Positions 11,789 through 23,012 of a DNA stretch of 64,000 nucleotides are shown in pieces. Source of the DNA: an uncultured Alphaproteobacteria bacterium (GTDB lineage: Bacteria > Pseudomonadota > Alphaproteobacteria > HIMB59 > GCA-002718135). Below the pieces are notes generated by a model. It did not search any database, was not told where the DNA came from, and saw nothing but the letters and a program-made list of their open reading frames with translations. Position 1 is the first letter of the stretch. Every line of letters begins with the position of its first letter. The stretch spans positions 23,676-87,675 of the forward strand of contig CACNNQ010000003.1 of the NCBI GenBank assembly GCA_902621855.1, written 5' to 3'. The translations under genes were made by a program, and so were the position numbers.

Positions 11789-12270
11789 TAATAGATATAT
11801 GGGTCTCCTATACCAACAGCTTTTAATATTTTTATTTCTTCTTTCTTCATTTTTTCAAATTGATTTAAAGATTTATGTTTATAATTATTTATATGAAGCA
11901 TGCTGTGAATTAACAAATGACTAAAGTGATCATAAAAATTAATCTTATTTTTTAATACGAACTTTTCAATAGTATCAATAGAAAAAAAAATATCACAATA
12001 AATTATTTTTCCAAGATTTTTATTTGATATTTTATTAACAAAAGTTAAAACATCAGTATCTGTCCTTTTTTTATTAAATTTATAATTAGCAGCAATCATG
12101 CGAGTTTTATTGCATAAAATAATGTTTAGGTTGTGTGAATATTTTTTATTAAAATAAATTTTCATCAATTTTTTAATTTTGAATGTAATCTGCTTTATTT
12201 TTGGAGATCTTCTAGACCATTTTCTTGAAAGAAGAAAAAAATCAATTTTTATTGTTTTTGTCATAAGCAT
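11788..12270 (-). CDS. ybeY: rRNA maturation RNase YbeY
   Basis: TDVLTF, divergent HLLIHSMLHINNYKH metal motif; conserved synteny. Confidence 0.85.
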   Translation of the reverse strand: MLMTKTIKIDFFLLSRKWSRRSPKIKQITFKIKKLMKIYFNKKYSHNLNIILCNKTRMIAANYKFNKKRTDTDVLTFVNKISNKNLGKIIYCDIFFSIDTIEKFVLKNKINFYDHFSHLLIHSMLHINNYKHKSLNQFEKMKKEEIKILKAVGIGDPYIY

Positions 12271-13192
12271 TGATAATCTTCTTTACTAATTCGTGTCTCA
12301 CTACATCTTTTTCATTAAGTTCAATGAAACCTATATCTGATATTTTTGTTAATTTAGTCAATGCATCTTTTAGTCCTGATTCTCTCTCACTTACTAAATC
12401 GATCTGTGTAATATCTCCTACAACAACCATTTGACTATTCTTACCTAATCTTGTTAAAAACATTTTCATTTGCGTACGAGTAGTATTTTGAGCTTCATCA
12501 AGAATTATAAAACAATCTTCAAGGGTTCTTCCACGCATAAAAGCAATCGGAGCAATTTCAATAATATTGTTAAATATTTTTTTTTCAACTTGTTCAAAGG
12601 GCAGCAAGGAGTACAAAGCATCGTAAATTGGTCGTAAAAATGGATCTACTTTTTCCTTCAAATCGCCAGGTAAATATCCCAATTTTTCTCCTGCTTCTAC
12701 AGCAGGTCTTGATAGAATAATTTTATTTACTTTTCCTTCTTGTAATGCGGCTACTGCTTTAGCGACTGCTACGTACGTCTTTCCCGTACCTGCTGGGCCA
12801 ATTGCAAAGACGATATTTTTTGTATTTAGTAATTCAAAATATTTATTTTGATTATTAGTTCTTGGTACAATTCTTCGTTTTTTTGTTTGAATAAAAAAAT
12901 CCATTTGATTACTTTCTTTTATATTCATTGTTATCAAACTTTTACTATCTCTAATTTTATCTTCATCAATATTATCTCCATTTTTAGCTTTTTCAAATAA
13001 GTCTAAGATAGTTTGTCTAGTCTCAAAAATAGATTTTTTATTACCAGAAATTTTTATTTTATTACCTCTATATTGAATTTGAACATCATTTATTTTTTCA
13101 ATAATTGACAAATTGGAATCATTAACTCCAAATAGAGTGCTTAGAATAGTATTATCATCTAGTTCAAGTTCAAGATTCTCAGTGTTTTTCAT
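12242..13192 (-). CDS. phoH: PhoH-family ATPase (YbeZ type)
   Basis: GPAGTGKT, RPAVEAGEKLGYLPG, MRGRTL, DEAQN. Confidence 0.95.
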   Translation of the reverse strand: MKNTENLELELDDNTILSTLFGVNDSNLSIIEKINDVQIQYRGNKIKISGNKKSIFETRQTILDLFEKAKNGDNIDEDKIRDSKSLITMNIKESNQMDFFIQTKKRRIVPRTNNQNKYFELLNTKNIVFAIGPAGTGKTYVAVAKAVAALQEGKVNKIILSRPAVEAGEKLGYLPGDLKEKVDPFLRPIYDALYSLLPFEQVEKKIFNNIIEIAPIAFMRGRTLEDCFIILDEAQNTTRTQMKMFLTRLGKNSQMVVVGDITQIDLVSERESGLKDALTKLTKISDIGFIELNEKDVVRHELVKKIINAYDKNNKN

Positions 13193-14492
13193 AAGGTTGA
13201 CTTTCTAATGCAAAGTTAGTTGAATTGATAATTTTAACATTTAATATTTTGTTAATTAGTTGTTCTTTAGAATTAATAAATGTGCTTTGATTGTAAATTG
13301 TTCTACCTATATATTGATTGACATTTCTTCCTTCTTTTTCAAATAATACTTCAACATCCTTATTAATAAAAGATTTATTATAAACTATTTGTTGCTGAGT
13401 GAGTAATGATTGTAATGCACTTAATCTTGCTTTTTTTACAGCAGTTTCAATATTATCTTTATTTTGAGCTGGTGTTCCAGGTCTAGGACTGTACATAAAA
13501 GAGTAAGCAATAACAAAATTAACTTTTTCAATAAATTTCATAGTATTTTCAAAATCTTCGTCAGTCTCTCCTGGAAAACCAACTATAAAATCTGAAGACA
13601 TTGCAATATCAGGTTTTACCTTTCTTATTTTATCAACAATTCTAAGATAATCGTCAACAGAATGTTTTCTGTTCATTTTTTTTAATATCGTATCAGATCC
13701 AGACTGAATTGGAAGATGAAGAAAGGGCATAAGTTTAGGATTAGTAGCATGCGTATTTATTAATTCATCTTTCATATCTAAAGGATGAGAAGTCATATAC
13801 CTAATCCTCTTTAAACCATCCATCTCAGATAGTTTATTAATTAAATATGCGAGGTCTCTTGATTTACCTTTTTTACAAAGACCATGATAAGCATTTACAT
13901 TTTGACCGAGTAAAATTAATTCCTTTACCCCCCTTGATACATACATTTTAGCTTCACTAATTATGCTTTCAATTGACCTGGAAAATTCAGGCCCCCTAGT
14001 ATACGGGACTACACAAAAGGAACAAAATTTATCACATCCCTCCTGTATAGACAGAAATTCTGAAGATGATTTTGAAGAATTAAAAATTAGATTTTTGAAT
14101 TTTTCGTTTTGTAAAAATTCACTATTAATTTTACTTTCTGAAGAATCAATCATGTCTGGAAGTTTATGATACGACTGGGGACCAACTATAAAATCTACAG
14201 AAGGTGATCTTTTTTTTATCTCACTTCCCTCAGCTTGAGCGACACATCCAGCAATTACGAGCTTCATTTGATTTTCATCATTTTTAAACTTTTTAATTCT
14301 TCCTATATCAGAGTATACTTTTTCAACTGCTTTTTCTCTTATGTGGCATGTATTGAGAACTGTCAAATTAGCTTTAGAAACATCATTAGTAATTTCATAT
14401 CCTTTGTTTAGAAATAAATCTTTAATACGATTACTGTCATATACATTCATCTGACATCCGTATGATTTAATATAAATAAATTTATCACTCAT
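13179..14492 (-). CDS. miaB: tRNA methylthiotransferase MiaB
   Basis: YGCQMNVYDS, NTCHIREKA, radical SAM CDKFCSFC. Confidence 0.97.
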   Translation of the reverse strand: MSDKFIYIKSYGCQMNVYDSNRIKDLFLNKGYEITNDVSKANLTVLNTCHIREKAVEKVYSDIGRIKKFKNDENQMKLVIAGCVAQAEGSEIKKRSPSVDFIVGPQSYHKLPDMIDSSESKINSEFLQNEKFKNLIFNSSKSSSEFLSIQEGCDKFCSFCVVPYTRGPEFSRSIESIISEAKMYVSRGVKELILLGQNVNAYHGLCKKGKSRDLAYLINKLSEMDGLKRIRYMTSHPLDMKDELINTHATNPKLMPFLHLPIQSGSDTILKKMNRKHSVDDYLRIVDKIRKVKPDIAMSSDFIVGFPGETDEDFENTMKFIEKVNFVIAYSFMYSPRPGTPAQNKDNIETAVKKARLSALQSLLTQQQIVYNKSFINKDVEVLFEKEGRNVNQYIGRTIYNQSTFINSKEQLINKILNVKIINSTNFALESQPYEKH

Positions 14493-14970
14493 GATTTATA
14501 TTTTTCTTAAAGCATTTTGCATTTATAAGCTTATTATCATATTTATAATAATTAGGCCTAAAATTATAATAAACAAAACTATTTTTAATATAAAATTTTA
14601 TAGCTCCTAGATTGTCCTCAGCGACTTCTATCAATAACATTGAGATTTGAGGAAATTTATTTTTTTTTTCAAAAAAATCTAAAATTTTTGTTGCTATTTT
14701 TTTTCTTCTAAATTGTTTAGTTACTAAAAGTACATGTATTTCTAAAATCGAATGAGACTGTAAATCAATAATTTCACCAAACAAAAGACCTACTAAAACC
14801 TTGTTATCAAAATAACCCAGAGATAAATTATTATTTTTATTAAGTTGATTTTTGATCGTTATGTTATTCCATCCAATATTTTTAAAATATAAAAAATCGT
14901 TTTTATTATTGTTAACAAACTCTTGTATTAAAGTAATATCTTGGGATTTTAATAATTTTATATTTTTCAA
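14485..14970 (-). CDS. rimI: GNAT acetyltransferase, RimI-like
   Basis: FRRKKIA, IEVAEDNLGAIKFY, RPNYY; located between tsaB and miaB. Confidence 0.75.
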   Translation of the reverse strand: MKNIKLLKSQDITLIQEFVNNNKNDFLYFKNIGWNNITIKNQLNKNNNLSLGYFDNKVLVGLLFGEIIDLQSHSILEIHVLLVTKQFRRKKIATKILDFFEKKNKFPQISMLLIEVAEDNLGAIKFYIKNSFVYYNFRPNYYKYDNKLINAKCFKKNINHE

Positions 14971-15581
14971 TTTAATAGGGTGTTGTTAGATACATATTTA
15001 GGCCGGATGATTTTATTTTTAAAGAAAACTAAATTTTTATAATTTGCTAATATCTCATCTAAAAAAGAAAACTTATTTTGAATTAATTTATCAGAAAAAG
15101 AATTTATTTTTTTTAGATTATAGAATACCTTTTTAATATTATGTAATTGGATAGGGTCATCATTTTCTATTTTTGAATAATTGATCTGGTTATTATCATT
15201 CATTTTACATAAGAATTTTTGACTATTTCCAGAATATATAAAAATTGCAATTTTTGTGGAATTATTTGTTTCTTTTTTTATCTGTAAAATATCACCAGCA
15301 CTTATTTGGCATAATGGTAAATCTTTTGAAATTGTTATTCCTGACAAGAAAGATGCGCCCACTCTTAAACTTGTATATGATCCTGGACCAGTCGTTATGA
15401 TTGCCTTTTTCAAATATTTACTAAATTTCAATTGATTTTCAGCGTAAATATATTTTTGAATAATATTATCACTTAATTTGTCATTTTCACTCGATACAAT
15501 TTTTTGACTAAATATTAATTTATTATCATCAATTAGAGAAAATTCTGGTATTGGAGAAACTACATCTAAAAATAATAACAT
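14967..15581 (-). CDS. tsaB: TsaB (YeaZ)-like protein, start re-called to ATG at 15581
   Basis: MLLFLD N-terminus, TTGPGSYTSLRVG motif. Confidence 0.8.
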   Translation of the reverse strand: MLLFLDVVSPIPEFSLIDDNKLIFSQKIVSSENDKLSDNIIQKYIYAENQLKFSKYLKKAIITTGPGSYTSLRVGASFLSGITISKDLPLCQISAGDILQIKKETNNSTKIAIFIYSGNSQKFLCKMNDNNQINYSKIENDDPIQLHNIKKVFYNLKKINSFSDKLIQNKFSFLDEILANYKNLVFFKNKIIRPKYVSNNTLLN

Positions 15582-15582
15582 A

Positions 15583-16611
15583 ATGTATTTATATAAAATA
15601 TTTTTAACAATAGTAATAAAAACAATTTTTTTAAATGTATTAGCTACATCTTTATATTCAGCTGAAATCAAAAATTCAGCTACTGTTTTTATGTATCATA
15701 AATTTGGTGTAGACAAGTATCCATCAACTAGTGTTACTATCAGTCAATTAGAGAATCATGTAAATGAGTTTATCAAAGGTAAATATAATGTTAAGTCATT
15801 AGATTTCATTGTAGACACAATAATAAATGATGGAGAGTTGCCAAATAATACTATAGGTATTAGTGTTGATGATGCGGATAAATCGTTTTTTGATGTAGGT
15901 TGGCCTTTATTTAAAAAAAATAATATTCCAGTAACACTTTTTGTAACCACTAAGACGATATCTAAAAATAATAAAAATTATTTAAATTGGGATCAAATTA
16001 GAAGACTCAAAAAAGAAGGAGTGGTAATAGGTGCTCATTCTCATACACATGCGCATATGCCTGACATAAGTATAAATGAGGTAAAAAATGAAATAGAGAT
16101 ATCAAATAAAATTTTTTTAAAAGAGCTGGGTGAAATTCCGACACTTTTTGCTTTTCCTTACGGGGAAACAACGAGTGAAATAATTGAATTAATCAAAGAA
16201 TATAAATTCAAAGTTGCTTTTGGGCAACATTCAGGAATAATTAATGAAACTTCAAATATGTATTATCTACCAAGATTCTCTTTAAATGAAAAATATGGTG
16301 AGTTGGATAGAGTGAAATTTGCAACATCAGCTCAAGGGCTTGGCGTTTATGATTTTATTCCGGTAAATCCAACTATAGACCAAAATCCACCTTTTATCGG
16401 ATTTTCATTATTAGATAATAAAAAGGTTCAAGGTCTAGATTGTTTTATTTTTGACAGCAAGGGTCAAGTAGAGCGAGAGATATTTAAATTTAATGAACGA
16501 GTTGAGATCAGGTTAAATCGTGAACTTTCTACAGGAAGATCAAGGATGAACTGTACGGTTAAAGATAGTGCTGGTGTTTGGCGGTGGTTTGGACACCAAT
16601 TTTATTTCTAA
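15583..16611 (+). CDS. Exported polysaccharide deacetylase (CE4/NodB family)
   Basis: Signal-like N-terminus, MYHKF, ISVDDA, HSHTH, FAFPYGE. Confidence 0.88.
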   Translation: MYLYKIFLTIVIKTIFLNVLATSLYSAEIKNSATVFMYHKFGVDKYPSTSVTISQLENHVNEFIKGKYNVKSLDFIVDTIINDGELPNNTIGISVDDADKSFFDVGWPLFKKNNIPVTLFVTTKTISKNNKNYLNWDQIRRLKKEGVVIGAHSHTHAHMPDISINEVKNEIEISNKIFLKELGEIPTLFAFPYGETTSEIIELIKEYKFKVAFGQHSGIINETSNMYYLPRFSLNEKYGELDRVKFATSAQGLGVYDFIPVNPTIDQNPPFIGFSLLDNKKVQGLDCFIFDSKGQVEREIFKFNERVEIRLNRELSTGRSRMNCTVKDSAGVWRWFGHQFYF

Positions 16612-17571
16612 TTAATAAGAAATTGTTTTATTATCAAATAACTTAAAGTTATTTTTTTCAATAACTGATCTTATAGTGTTAACATAATTGCTGTCTGCTG
16701 CATAAGTCTCGAGTTTTTCCACAAGAAGGTTGACATTTGAGAAATTATTTTTATCTCTCATTATTTTCCTAATATCTCTAAATTCGCGGTAAGCGTAATG
16801 AGAGTTAATATTATTAAAGTATGATTTCACACTACTATCTAATGAATTGAATGATTTTATAAGGTGTGTCTTACCTGAATCTCGATTTAAAGGTATTACT
16901 CCTTTTTCTGTATCATATGTATATTCTCCAAATAATGCGTTGTGTTCTCTGGCAAATCTTGAAGACCCCCAACCACTTTCAATTGCTGCTTGTGCTAACA
17001 CTATAGAATTAGGAATTACATCTACATTAAATAATATTTCATTTACCAAGTCCAATTTGTGCTTTTTGAGATACTTAATATTATAATTTTTGGCAATGTC
17101 ATTAAGTGTCCGTATTTCTTTGTTTTCAAGAGTTCTAAAAGTTTCTAACTTATTTTTAAGATTTTTAACAAAACTTCTTGTCATTAATATATTTTGATTT
17201 TCATTAATAATTATTGGTAGAACAGTTTTAACAAAGTCTTTTTTATTAGAATCAAGATAATCAAAATCTTTATTCAATAATGATGACTGATTATTAAGCT
17301 CATTTAGATTTTTTATTTTTGAGGTAATTTTTGGATTAATTGGTTTTACCCTGATTTTAACAAATAATTTTTCGCTTAATACTTCTGAAACAGGAGGGTC
17401 TTTTAAAATAATTTCTTTTTCAGAGTATAATGAATTTATTTGATTTGCAGTATGAGTGTTATTTTCAATATATTTATTGTAAGATATTCCATATCCGACG
17501 AGACCGCTACTGAGAAAAATTAATCCAACAAGCAGTAACGGAAAACAGAAGAAATTTAATAATTTATTCAT
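16612..17571 (-). CDS. Glucosaminidase-domain (GH73, Bax-like) peptidoglycan hydrolase
   Basis: LAQAAIESGWGSSRFA, NALFG, YAADSNY; N-terminal TM segment. Confidence 0.85.
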   Translation of the reverse strand: MNKLLNFFCFPLLLVGLIFLSSGLVGYGISYNKYIENNTHTANQINSLYSEKEIILKDPPVSEVLSEKLFVKIRVKPINPKITSKIKNLNELNNQSSLLNKDFDYLDSNKKDFVKTVLPIIINENQNILMTRSFVKNLKNKLETFRTLENKEIRTLNDIAKNYNIKYLKKHKLDLVNEILFNVDVIPNSIVLAQAAIESGWGSSRFAREHNALFGEYTYDTEKGVIPLNRDSGKTHLIKSFNSLDSSVKSYFNNINSHYAYREFRDIRKIMRDKNNFSNVNLLVEKLETYAADSNYVNTIRSVIEKNNFKLFDNKTISY

Positions 17572-18133
17572 TAATAGGTCTCACCTCTTGAACTTCCGGT
17601 ACATAATGCTTTAGCATATTTTCAATTCCCATTTTAAGTGTTGCTGTCGAACTAGGACAACCTGAGCATGCTCCTTGCATTTGAAGATACACAACTCCAT
17701 CTTTAAAACTGTCATAAATAATATCCCCACCATCCATAGCTACAGCTGGTCTTACTCTCGTATCAAGCAATTCTTTTATTTGTTTTACAATATCGGAATC
17801 GTTTTCATCAACTTTTAACGAGTTGTCATGGTTTGTTTTATTCGAAATTATTGTTTCATCACCTGAATTATAATGGTCCATTATGGAACCTAAAACTAAT
17901 GGTTTCATAACTTGCCAGTCTAATGATTGATCTTTTGTTATTGTAATAAAGTCACTTCCAAAGAATACCCCATTTACTCCTTCAACCTCGAATAGTCTTT
18001 TAGCAAACGGAGAATTGGAGGCTTCGTTGGTATTTTGAAAGAATGCAGTTCCCTGATCCATAACAACTTTTCCGGGTAGGAACTTCAAAGTTTGAGGATT
18101 AGGAGTTTGTTCAGTTTGAATAAACATATGCAC
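17564..18133 (-). CDS. nfuA: Nfu/NifU-type Fe-S cluster carrier
   Basis: MFIQTEQTPNPQTLKFLPG, RPAVAMDGGD, GACSGCPSS. Confidence 0.93.
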   Translation of the reverse strand: MHMFIQTEQTPNPQTLKFLPGKVVMDQGTAFFQNTNEASNSPFAKRLFEVEGVNGVFFGSDFITITKDQSLDWQVMKPLVLGSIMDHYNSGDETIISNKTNHDNSLKVDENDSDIVKQIKELLDTRVRPAVAMDGGDIIYDSFKDGVVYLQMQGACSGCPSSTATLKMGIENMLKHYVPEVQEVRPINE

Positions 18134-18201
18134 TATATATAGTTATTAATATGTCTTTAGTATGAATTTTCTAAAAAAAAATTTAAAATTTGGGGAATTT
18201 T

Positions 18202-19209
18202 TTAGGATAAAAAACCAATAATTTCTTTAGTTTTTTGTAAAACAGGTTCTGCCACCGCTATAGCATTGTCTTGACCCTGTTTTAAAATAGAATCGATGTA
18301 AGAAACATCGCTCGTAAGTCTATTCATCTCACTCGTAATGGGCTCTAATTTAGATACGGATAAATCTGCTAAATCTTTTTTAAAGGTTGAAAATTCTTTA
18401 CCCGCATACTCTTTGATAACACTTTCAATTGATGTGTTTTGCAAGGATGCAAATATAGAAATTAAGTTTTCTGCTTCTGGTCTTTTTTCTAACCCAGTTT
18501 TATCTTGTGGTAATGGCTCAGGATCTGTTTTAGCTTTTTTAATTTTTTGTATAATATTTTCTGCTGTATCGGTTAACATAATTCTTGAATAATCAGATGG
18601 ATCTGATTTACTCATTTTTTTTGATCCATCACGAAGACTCATCACTCTTGTGGCCTCTCCTAAAATTAATGGTTCAGGAATAGGAAAAAAATCTGTCTTA
18701 AAATCGTTATTAAATTTTTGTGCGATATCTCTTGTTAATTCCAAATGCTGTTTTTGATCATCACCAACAGGAACATGCGTTGCTAAATAAATTAGTATAT
18801 CTGCTGCCATTAATGTTGGATAAGAAAATAACCCAACAGAAACATTTTCACTATTCTTTCCAGCCTTATCTTTAAATTGCGTCATACGGTTTAACCATCC
18901 CATTCGGGCAACACAATTAAACAACCATCCAAGTTGTGCATGTTGAGGAACTTGTGATTGCACAAAAATATTATTTTGATTTGGATCAATACCAGAAGCA
19001 ATAAAGGCAGCAGTTACTTCTCGTGTTTTATTTGCTAAAACTTTAGGATCTTGCCAAACGGTAATCGCATGCAAATCGACAACGCAAAAAAAACATTCGT
19101 ATTCTTTTTGAAGACTAACAAAATTTTTTATGGCGCCAAGATAATTTCCTAAATGAAGATCACCAGATGGCTGAACGCCGGATAGAATTCTTTTAGTTGG
19201 TTTTTCCAT
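18202..19209 (-). CDS. trpS: Tryptophan--tRNA ligase
   Basis: [29 protein letters not shown]. Confidence 0.98.
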   Translation of the reverse strand: MEKPTKRILSGVQPSGDLHLGNYLGAIKNFVSLQKEYECFFCVVDLHAITVWQDPKVLANKTREVTAAFIASGIDPNQNNIFVQSQVPQHAQLGWLFNCVARMGWLNRMTQFKDKAGKNSENVSVGLFSYPTLMAADILIYLATHVPVGDDQKQHLELTRDIAQKFNNDFKTDFFPIPEPLILGEATRVMSLRDGSKKMSKSDPSDYSRIMLTDTAENIIQKIKKAKTDPEPLPQDKTGLEKRPEAENLISIFASLQNTSIESVIKEYAGKEFSTFKKDLADLSVSKLEPITSEMNRLTSDVSYIDSILKQGQDNAIAVAEPVLQKTKEIIGFLS

Positions 19210-19210
19210 T

Positions 19211-20758
19211 TTATTTTTTTAAATATTCTCTTAACTGATTTACCGATAGGACTTTTAACACAATTACTAATCCAAAATAAATAATTATAGCTAAAAAGAT
19301 CATCATAAGCAAAAGTGCCGAGTTTAATAACACTGAATTACCACTAATATTTGTAAAGAATAATCCATTTAATAAGTAGATCCCTACAAATAATAGAAAT
19401 GAACTTACTAATATTTTCATGGAATTCCTTACTAATAGATCATCAAATTTCATATGATTCCTAATAGCTAAAAAGAGGTACAATAATAATGCATTTACCC
19501 ATGCACTAATTGCTGTTGCAACAGCAATACCCATTTCCCTCATTGATCCAATTAAAAGAAGCGATAACACAACATTAGTAATCACACTGACAATGGATAT
19601 GTATAGTGGTGTTTTAGTATCTTCTCTTGCAAAAAAACAAGAAACTAAAACTTTAATTATAATGTAAGCAGGTAAACCTAATGCAAAGTAACTTAATACT
19701 TTAGCAGTATAAAAAGTATCTTCTGCTATAAATGCACCTCGCTCAAATAAAATTTGGATAATAGGTTCAGCTAAAATAAATAATCCTATGGCTGATGGTA
19801 AAGAAATTAATAACGAGAATTCAATAGATCTATTTTGAATATTATTTGTTGTTTCTTGATCTGATTGTTTTATTGCTTTTGATAAACTTGGTAAAAGAAC
19901 AATACCAAGTGCTATTCCAAAAATGGCAAGTGGTAGTTGGTTTAGACGATCTGCGTAATAAATATGACTAATAGCACCAACGGGTAAAAAGGAAGCGATG
20001 ATTGTCCCAATGACAATATTTAATTGAATAACTCCTGAACCAACAACACCTGGTAAAAATAATTTGAAAAACTTTTTTAATTTTTCATTTAAAACTGGGA
20101 TACGAATATGTGGTCGGTAAAAATTGTAAACTGCTCTGTATAAATACAAAAATTGTAATATGCCTCCAATCAATACACCGTACGATAGTGCGTGACCTGC
20201 AGTAGTTACAAAGGGTGTTAAAAAGAATAATGAAAGAATAAAACTTATATTCAAAATCGCAGGAGCAAATGCACCAGCGGCGAAACGGTCATGAACATTA
20301 TTTATTGAAGCAAAGTGCGCAGCTAAGGAAATGAAAATAATGTAGGGAAAAATTATTTTTCCAAAATGCACAGCAAGTTCATAGGCCTCTTTATTATCAG
20401 TAAATCCAGGTGCTAAAATTTGAATGATATAAGGCATTCCAAAGAAAAAAAGGATCGTTAAAACTATCGTAGCAAAAAGTAACATGGAGGTTGTGTTTTC
20501 AACAAAATCAGAAGCTTCACGTTCATCTTTTGGATTAAGAACAACACCAGAGAAAACTGGGATTAATGCAGCACTGTATGCTCCTTCTGCTAGGACACGA
20601 CGAAAGAAATTAGGAATACGAAATGCTACGAAGAATGCGTCAGCTATTACTGTCGATCCAAGATATCTTGCTATTAATATGTCACGAATAAAACCTAATA
20701 CTCGACTTAAAAATGTATAAAAGCTGACAGTAAAGAATGATCTAAAAAGACTCTTCAT
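19211..20758 (-). CDS. murJ: Lipid II flippase MurJ
   Basis: [41 protein letters not shown]. Confidence 0.97.
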   Translation of the reverse strand: MKSLFRSFFTVSFYTFLSRVLGFIRDILIARYLGSTVIADAFFVAFRIPNFFRRVLAEGAYSAALIPVFSGVVLNPKDEREASDFVENTTSMLLFATIVLTILFFFGMPYIIQILAPGFTDNKEAYELAVHFGKIIFPYIIFISLAAHFASINNVHDRFAAGAFAPAILNISFILSLFFLTPFVTTAGHALSYGVLIGGILQFLYLYRAVYNFYRPHIRIPVLNEKLKKFFKLFLPGVVGSGVIQLNIVIGTIIASFLPVGAISHIYYADRLNQLPLAIFGIALGIVLLPSLSKAIKQSDQETTNNIQNRSIEFSLLISLPSAIGLFILAEPIIQILFERGAFIAEDTFYTAKVLSYFALGLPAYIIIKVLVSCFFAREDTKTPLYISIVSVITNVVLSLLLIGSMREMGIAVATAISAWVNALLLYLFLAIRNHMKFDDLLVRNSMKILVSSFLLFVGIYLLNGLFFTNISGNSVLLNSALLLMMIFLAIIIYFGLVIVLKVLSVNQLREYLKK

Positions 20759-20812
20759 ATGGTGGTTTTATAGTTTGGTAAGTGATTTGTATAAGTGAAA
20801 TTTATGGCTTAA

Positions 20813-21496
20813 TTACGAGCCAAAACAATATCCTGCTGATCTCACGGTTCTTATAAAATCTTCTTTTACGTCATTATTAATGGCCTTTCGCAGTCTTCTT
20901 ATATGAACATCAACTGTTCGAGGTTCTACATGGGCCTCATTTTTCCAAACATGATTAAGTAATTGTTCGCGGCTAAAGACACGACCAATATTTTCCATGA
21001 AGAAAGCTAATAAATTAAATTCTGTTGGACCAAGATGAAGAGTTTCGCCATCTCGTGATGCCGAGTGAGATACAAGATCAACTACTATTCCTTTATAAGT
21101 TAAAACTTCATCTACAAACATTGGTCTTATTCGTCGAAGAACAGCTTTCACTCTTGCCACTAATTCGTTTATTGAAAAAGGTTTTGTAATGTAATCATCT
21201 GCTCCAGTTTCTAAGCCACGAAGTTTATCTTCTTCTTCACCTTTCGCTGTTAACATTATGATAGGAATATTCTTATGTTCTTTATGTTTTCTAATTCTTC
21301 GACAGAGTTCAATTCCTGATAACTCTGGTAACATCCAATCAAGAATAATTATGTCAGGTGGTTTATGTAAGATTTTTTCTAAAGCAATTTCACCATCCGT
21401 TGCAGTATCTATTTTATATCCCTCTTTGTTAAAATTAAATTTTAAAAGATCTAGTAATGCTTCTTCATCTTCAACGATAAGCATTTTTAGTTTCAT
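20813..21496 (-). CDS. phoB: Phosphate regulon response regulator PhoB
   Basis: IVEDE, LDWMLP, MLTAKGEE, KPFS, RTVDVHIRRLRK; follows phoU. Confidence 0.96.
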   Translation of the reverse strand: MKLKMLIVEDEEALLDLLKFNFNKEGYKIDTATDGEIALEKILHKPPDIIILDWMLPELSGIELCRRIRKHKEHKNIPIIMLTAKGEEEDKLRGLETGADDYITKPFSINELVARVKAVLRRIRPMFVDEVLTYKGIVVDLVSHSASRDGETLHLGPTEFNLLAFFMENIGRVFSREQLLNHVWKNEAHVEPRTVDVHIRRLRKAINNDVKEDFIRTVRSAGYCFGS

Positions 21497-21507
21497 GAAT
21501 CTTTACT

Positions 21508-21536
21508 ATTAAAATTTTGTTACAATAATATTACAA
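21508..21536 (-). promoter_or_regulatory. Pho-box array upstream of phoB
   Basis: TTGTAAT-atta-TTGTAAC-aaaa-TTTTAAT with 11-bp period, resembling CTGTCAT-N4 repeats. Confidence 0.75.
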
Positions 21537-21537
21537 T

Positions 21538-22248
21538 TTATTTCTTCTTTGGAAGAATTGCTTCCCAGGTTGGGTCTGGATTACCATCAAATAGGGGCTC
21601 ACCAGAAACTGCATAGTAAATATCTTCTGCAATATTTTGAACATAGTCACCTATTCGCTCTAGGTCTTTAACCATATATAAAAGACTTGTACATGCTGTG
21701 ATTCTTTTTGGTTCTTCCATCATGTAGGTTAATAGTTGTCTTAATATTCCAAGATATTCTTCATCAATTTGTCTATCCATTAACCAAACTTTTTTTGCGG
21801 CTTGATCTGAAAATTCTAAAAAAGCTTTTATTACTTCACTGATCATAATATTAACTTGTGCACCCATATTAATAATATCTCTCGAAGGTTTTTCTGGCAA
21901 AACTATTTCTGCTACTGCTACTCTTTTGGCAATATTTGTTGCATGATCTCCTATTCTTTCTAGATCTTTATTGATTTTAATTGCTGAAAAAATTGTTCGT
22001 AAGTCTGCAGCCATCGGTTGTCTTTTGCCAAGTATTTCAACTAAGCTTTGATCAAGAGTATTATATGCTTTATCAATTACATCATCGTTTTCTATAATTT
22101 TTTCTGCAAATTCTGTATCTTTATCCTTTAAACATTGAAGTGAGTCTTTTAGTTGATTTTCAACTAAACTGCCCATATCAACAATATTATTTTTAATGTC
22201 TCTAATTTCTTCATCATATGATTTTACAATATGTCCTTCTTGTTTCAT
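21538..22248 (-). CDS. phoU: Phosphate signalling protein PhoU
   Basis: RQPMAADLR and two DLERIGD motifs. Confidence 0.96.
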   Translation of the reverse strand: MKQEGHIVKSYDEEIRDIKNNIVDMGSLVENQLKDSLQCLKDKDTEFAEKIIENDDVIDKAYNTLDQSLVEILGKRQPMAADLRTIFSAIKINKDLERIGDHATNIAKRVAVAEIVLPEKPSRDIINMGAQVNIMISEVIKAFLEFSDQAAKKVWLMDRQIDEEYLGILRQLLTYMMEEPKRITACTSLLYMVKDLERIGDYVQNIAEDIYYAVSGEPLFDGNPDPTWEAILPKKK

Positions 22249-23009
22249 TAACCAAATCTCCCTGTAATGTAATCCTGTGTTTTTGTATTATCAGGATTTG
22301 TAAAAATTTTGTTTGTCTCACCCGTTTCTATTAATTCTCCTAAATGGAAGAAACATGTTTTCTGCGAAACCCTGGCTGCCTGTTGCATAGAATGAGTTAC
22401 TATAATAATTGTATAGTTTAATCTTAGCTCATCAATTAATTCTTCTATAATAGCAGTTGCTATTGGATCTAAAGCAGAGCAAGGTTCATCCATTAGGATT
22501 ATTTCAGGATTAACAGCAATTGCTCTTGCAATACATAATCGTTGTTGTTGACCGCCTGATAAACTTGTTCCAGGTTCATTTAATCGATCTTTTACTTCAT
22601 CAAATAGACCTGCCTTTTTTAATGATGAATGTACAATTTCTTCTAATTCATTTTTTGAGTCAACTAAACCATGTATAGTTGGGCCATAAGCAACATTATC
22701 AAAAATAGATTTAGGAAAAGGATTTGGTTTTTGAAATACCATTCCAATTTTAGATCTTAGACTTACAACATCGGTTTTTTCACTAATAATTTCTTCGTTA
22801 TCTACTTTTATTGATCCCGATACTTTACATATTTCAATTAAATCATTCATTCTGTTTATACATCTTAAGAAAGTTGATTTACCACATCCTGAAGGACCGA
22901 TTAATGCCGTAACTTCTTTCTCCTTGATATCCATTGAGATTCCAAAAAGAGCTTGTTTGGATCCATAATATACATCTACACCATTTGCCAATATTTTAGA
23001 GTTACTCAT
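22248..23009 (-). CDS. pstB: Phosphate ABC transporter ATPase
   Basis: [43 protein letters not shown]. Confidence 0.98.
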   Translation of the reverse strand: MSNSKILANGVDVYYGSKQALFGISMDIKEKEVTALIGPSGCGKSTFLRCINRMNDLIEICKVSGSIKVDNEEIISEKTDVVSLRSKIGMVFQKPNPFPKSIFDNVAYGPTIHGLVDSKNELEEIVHSSLKKAGLFDEVKDRLNEPGTSLSGGQQQRLCIARAIAVNPEIILMDEPCSALDPIATAIIEELIDELRLNYTIIIVTHSMQQAARVSQKTCFFHLGELIETGETNKIFTNPDNTKTQDYITGRFG

Positions 23010-23012
23010 GTT

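Noticed and set aside
15582-15671. 30-aa N-terminal extension of TsaB
   Set aside because: It is the antisense of the deacetylase signal peptide; the TsaB-like N-terminus (MLLFLD) starts at 15581.
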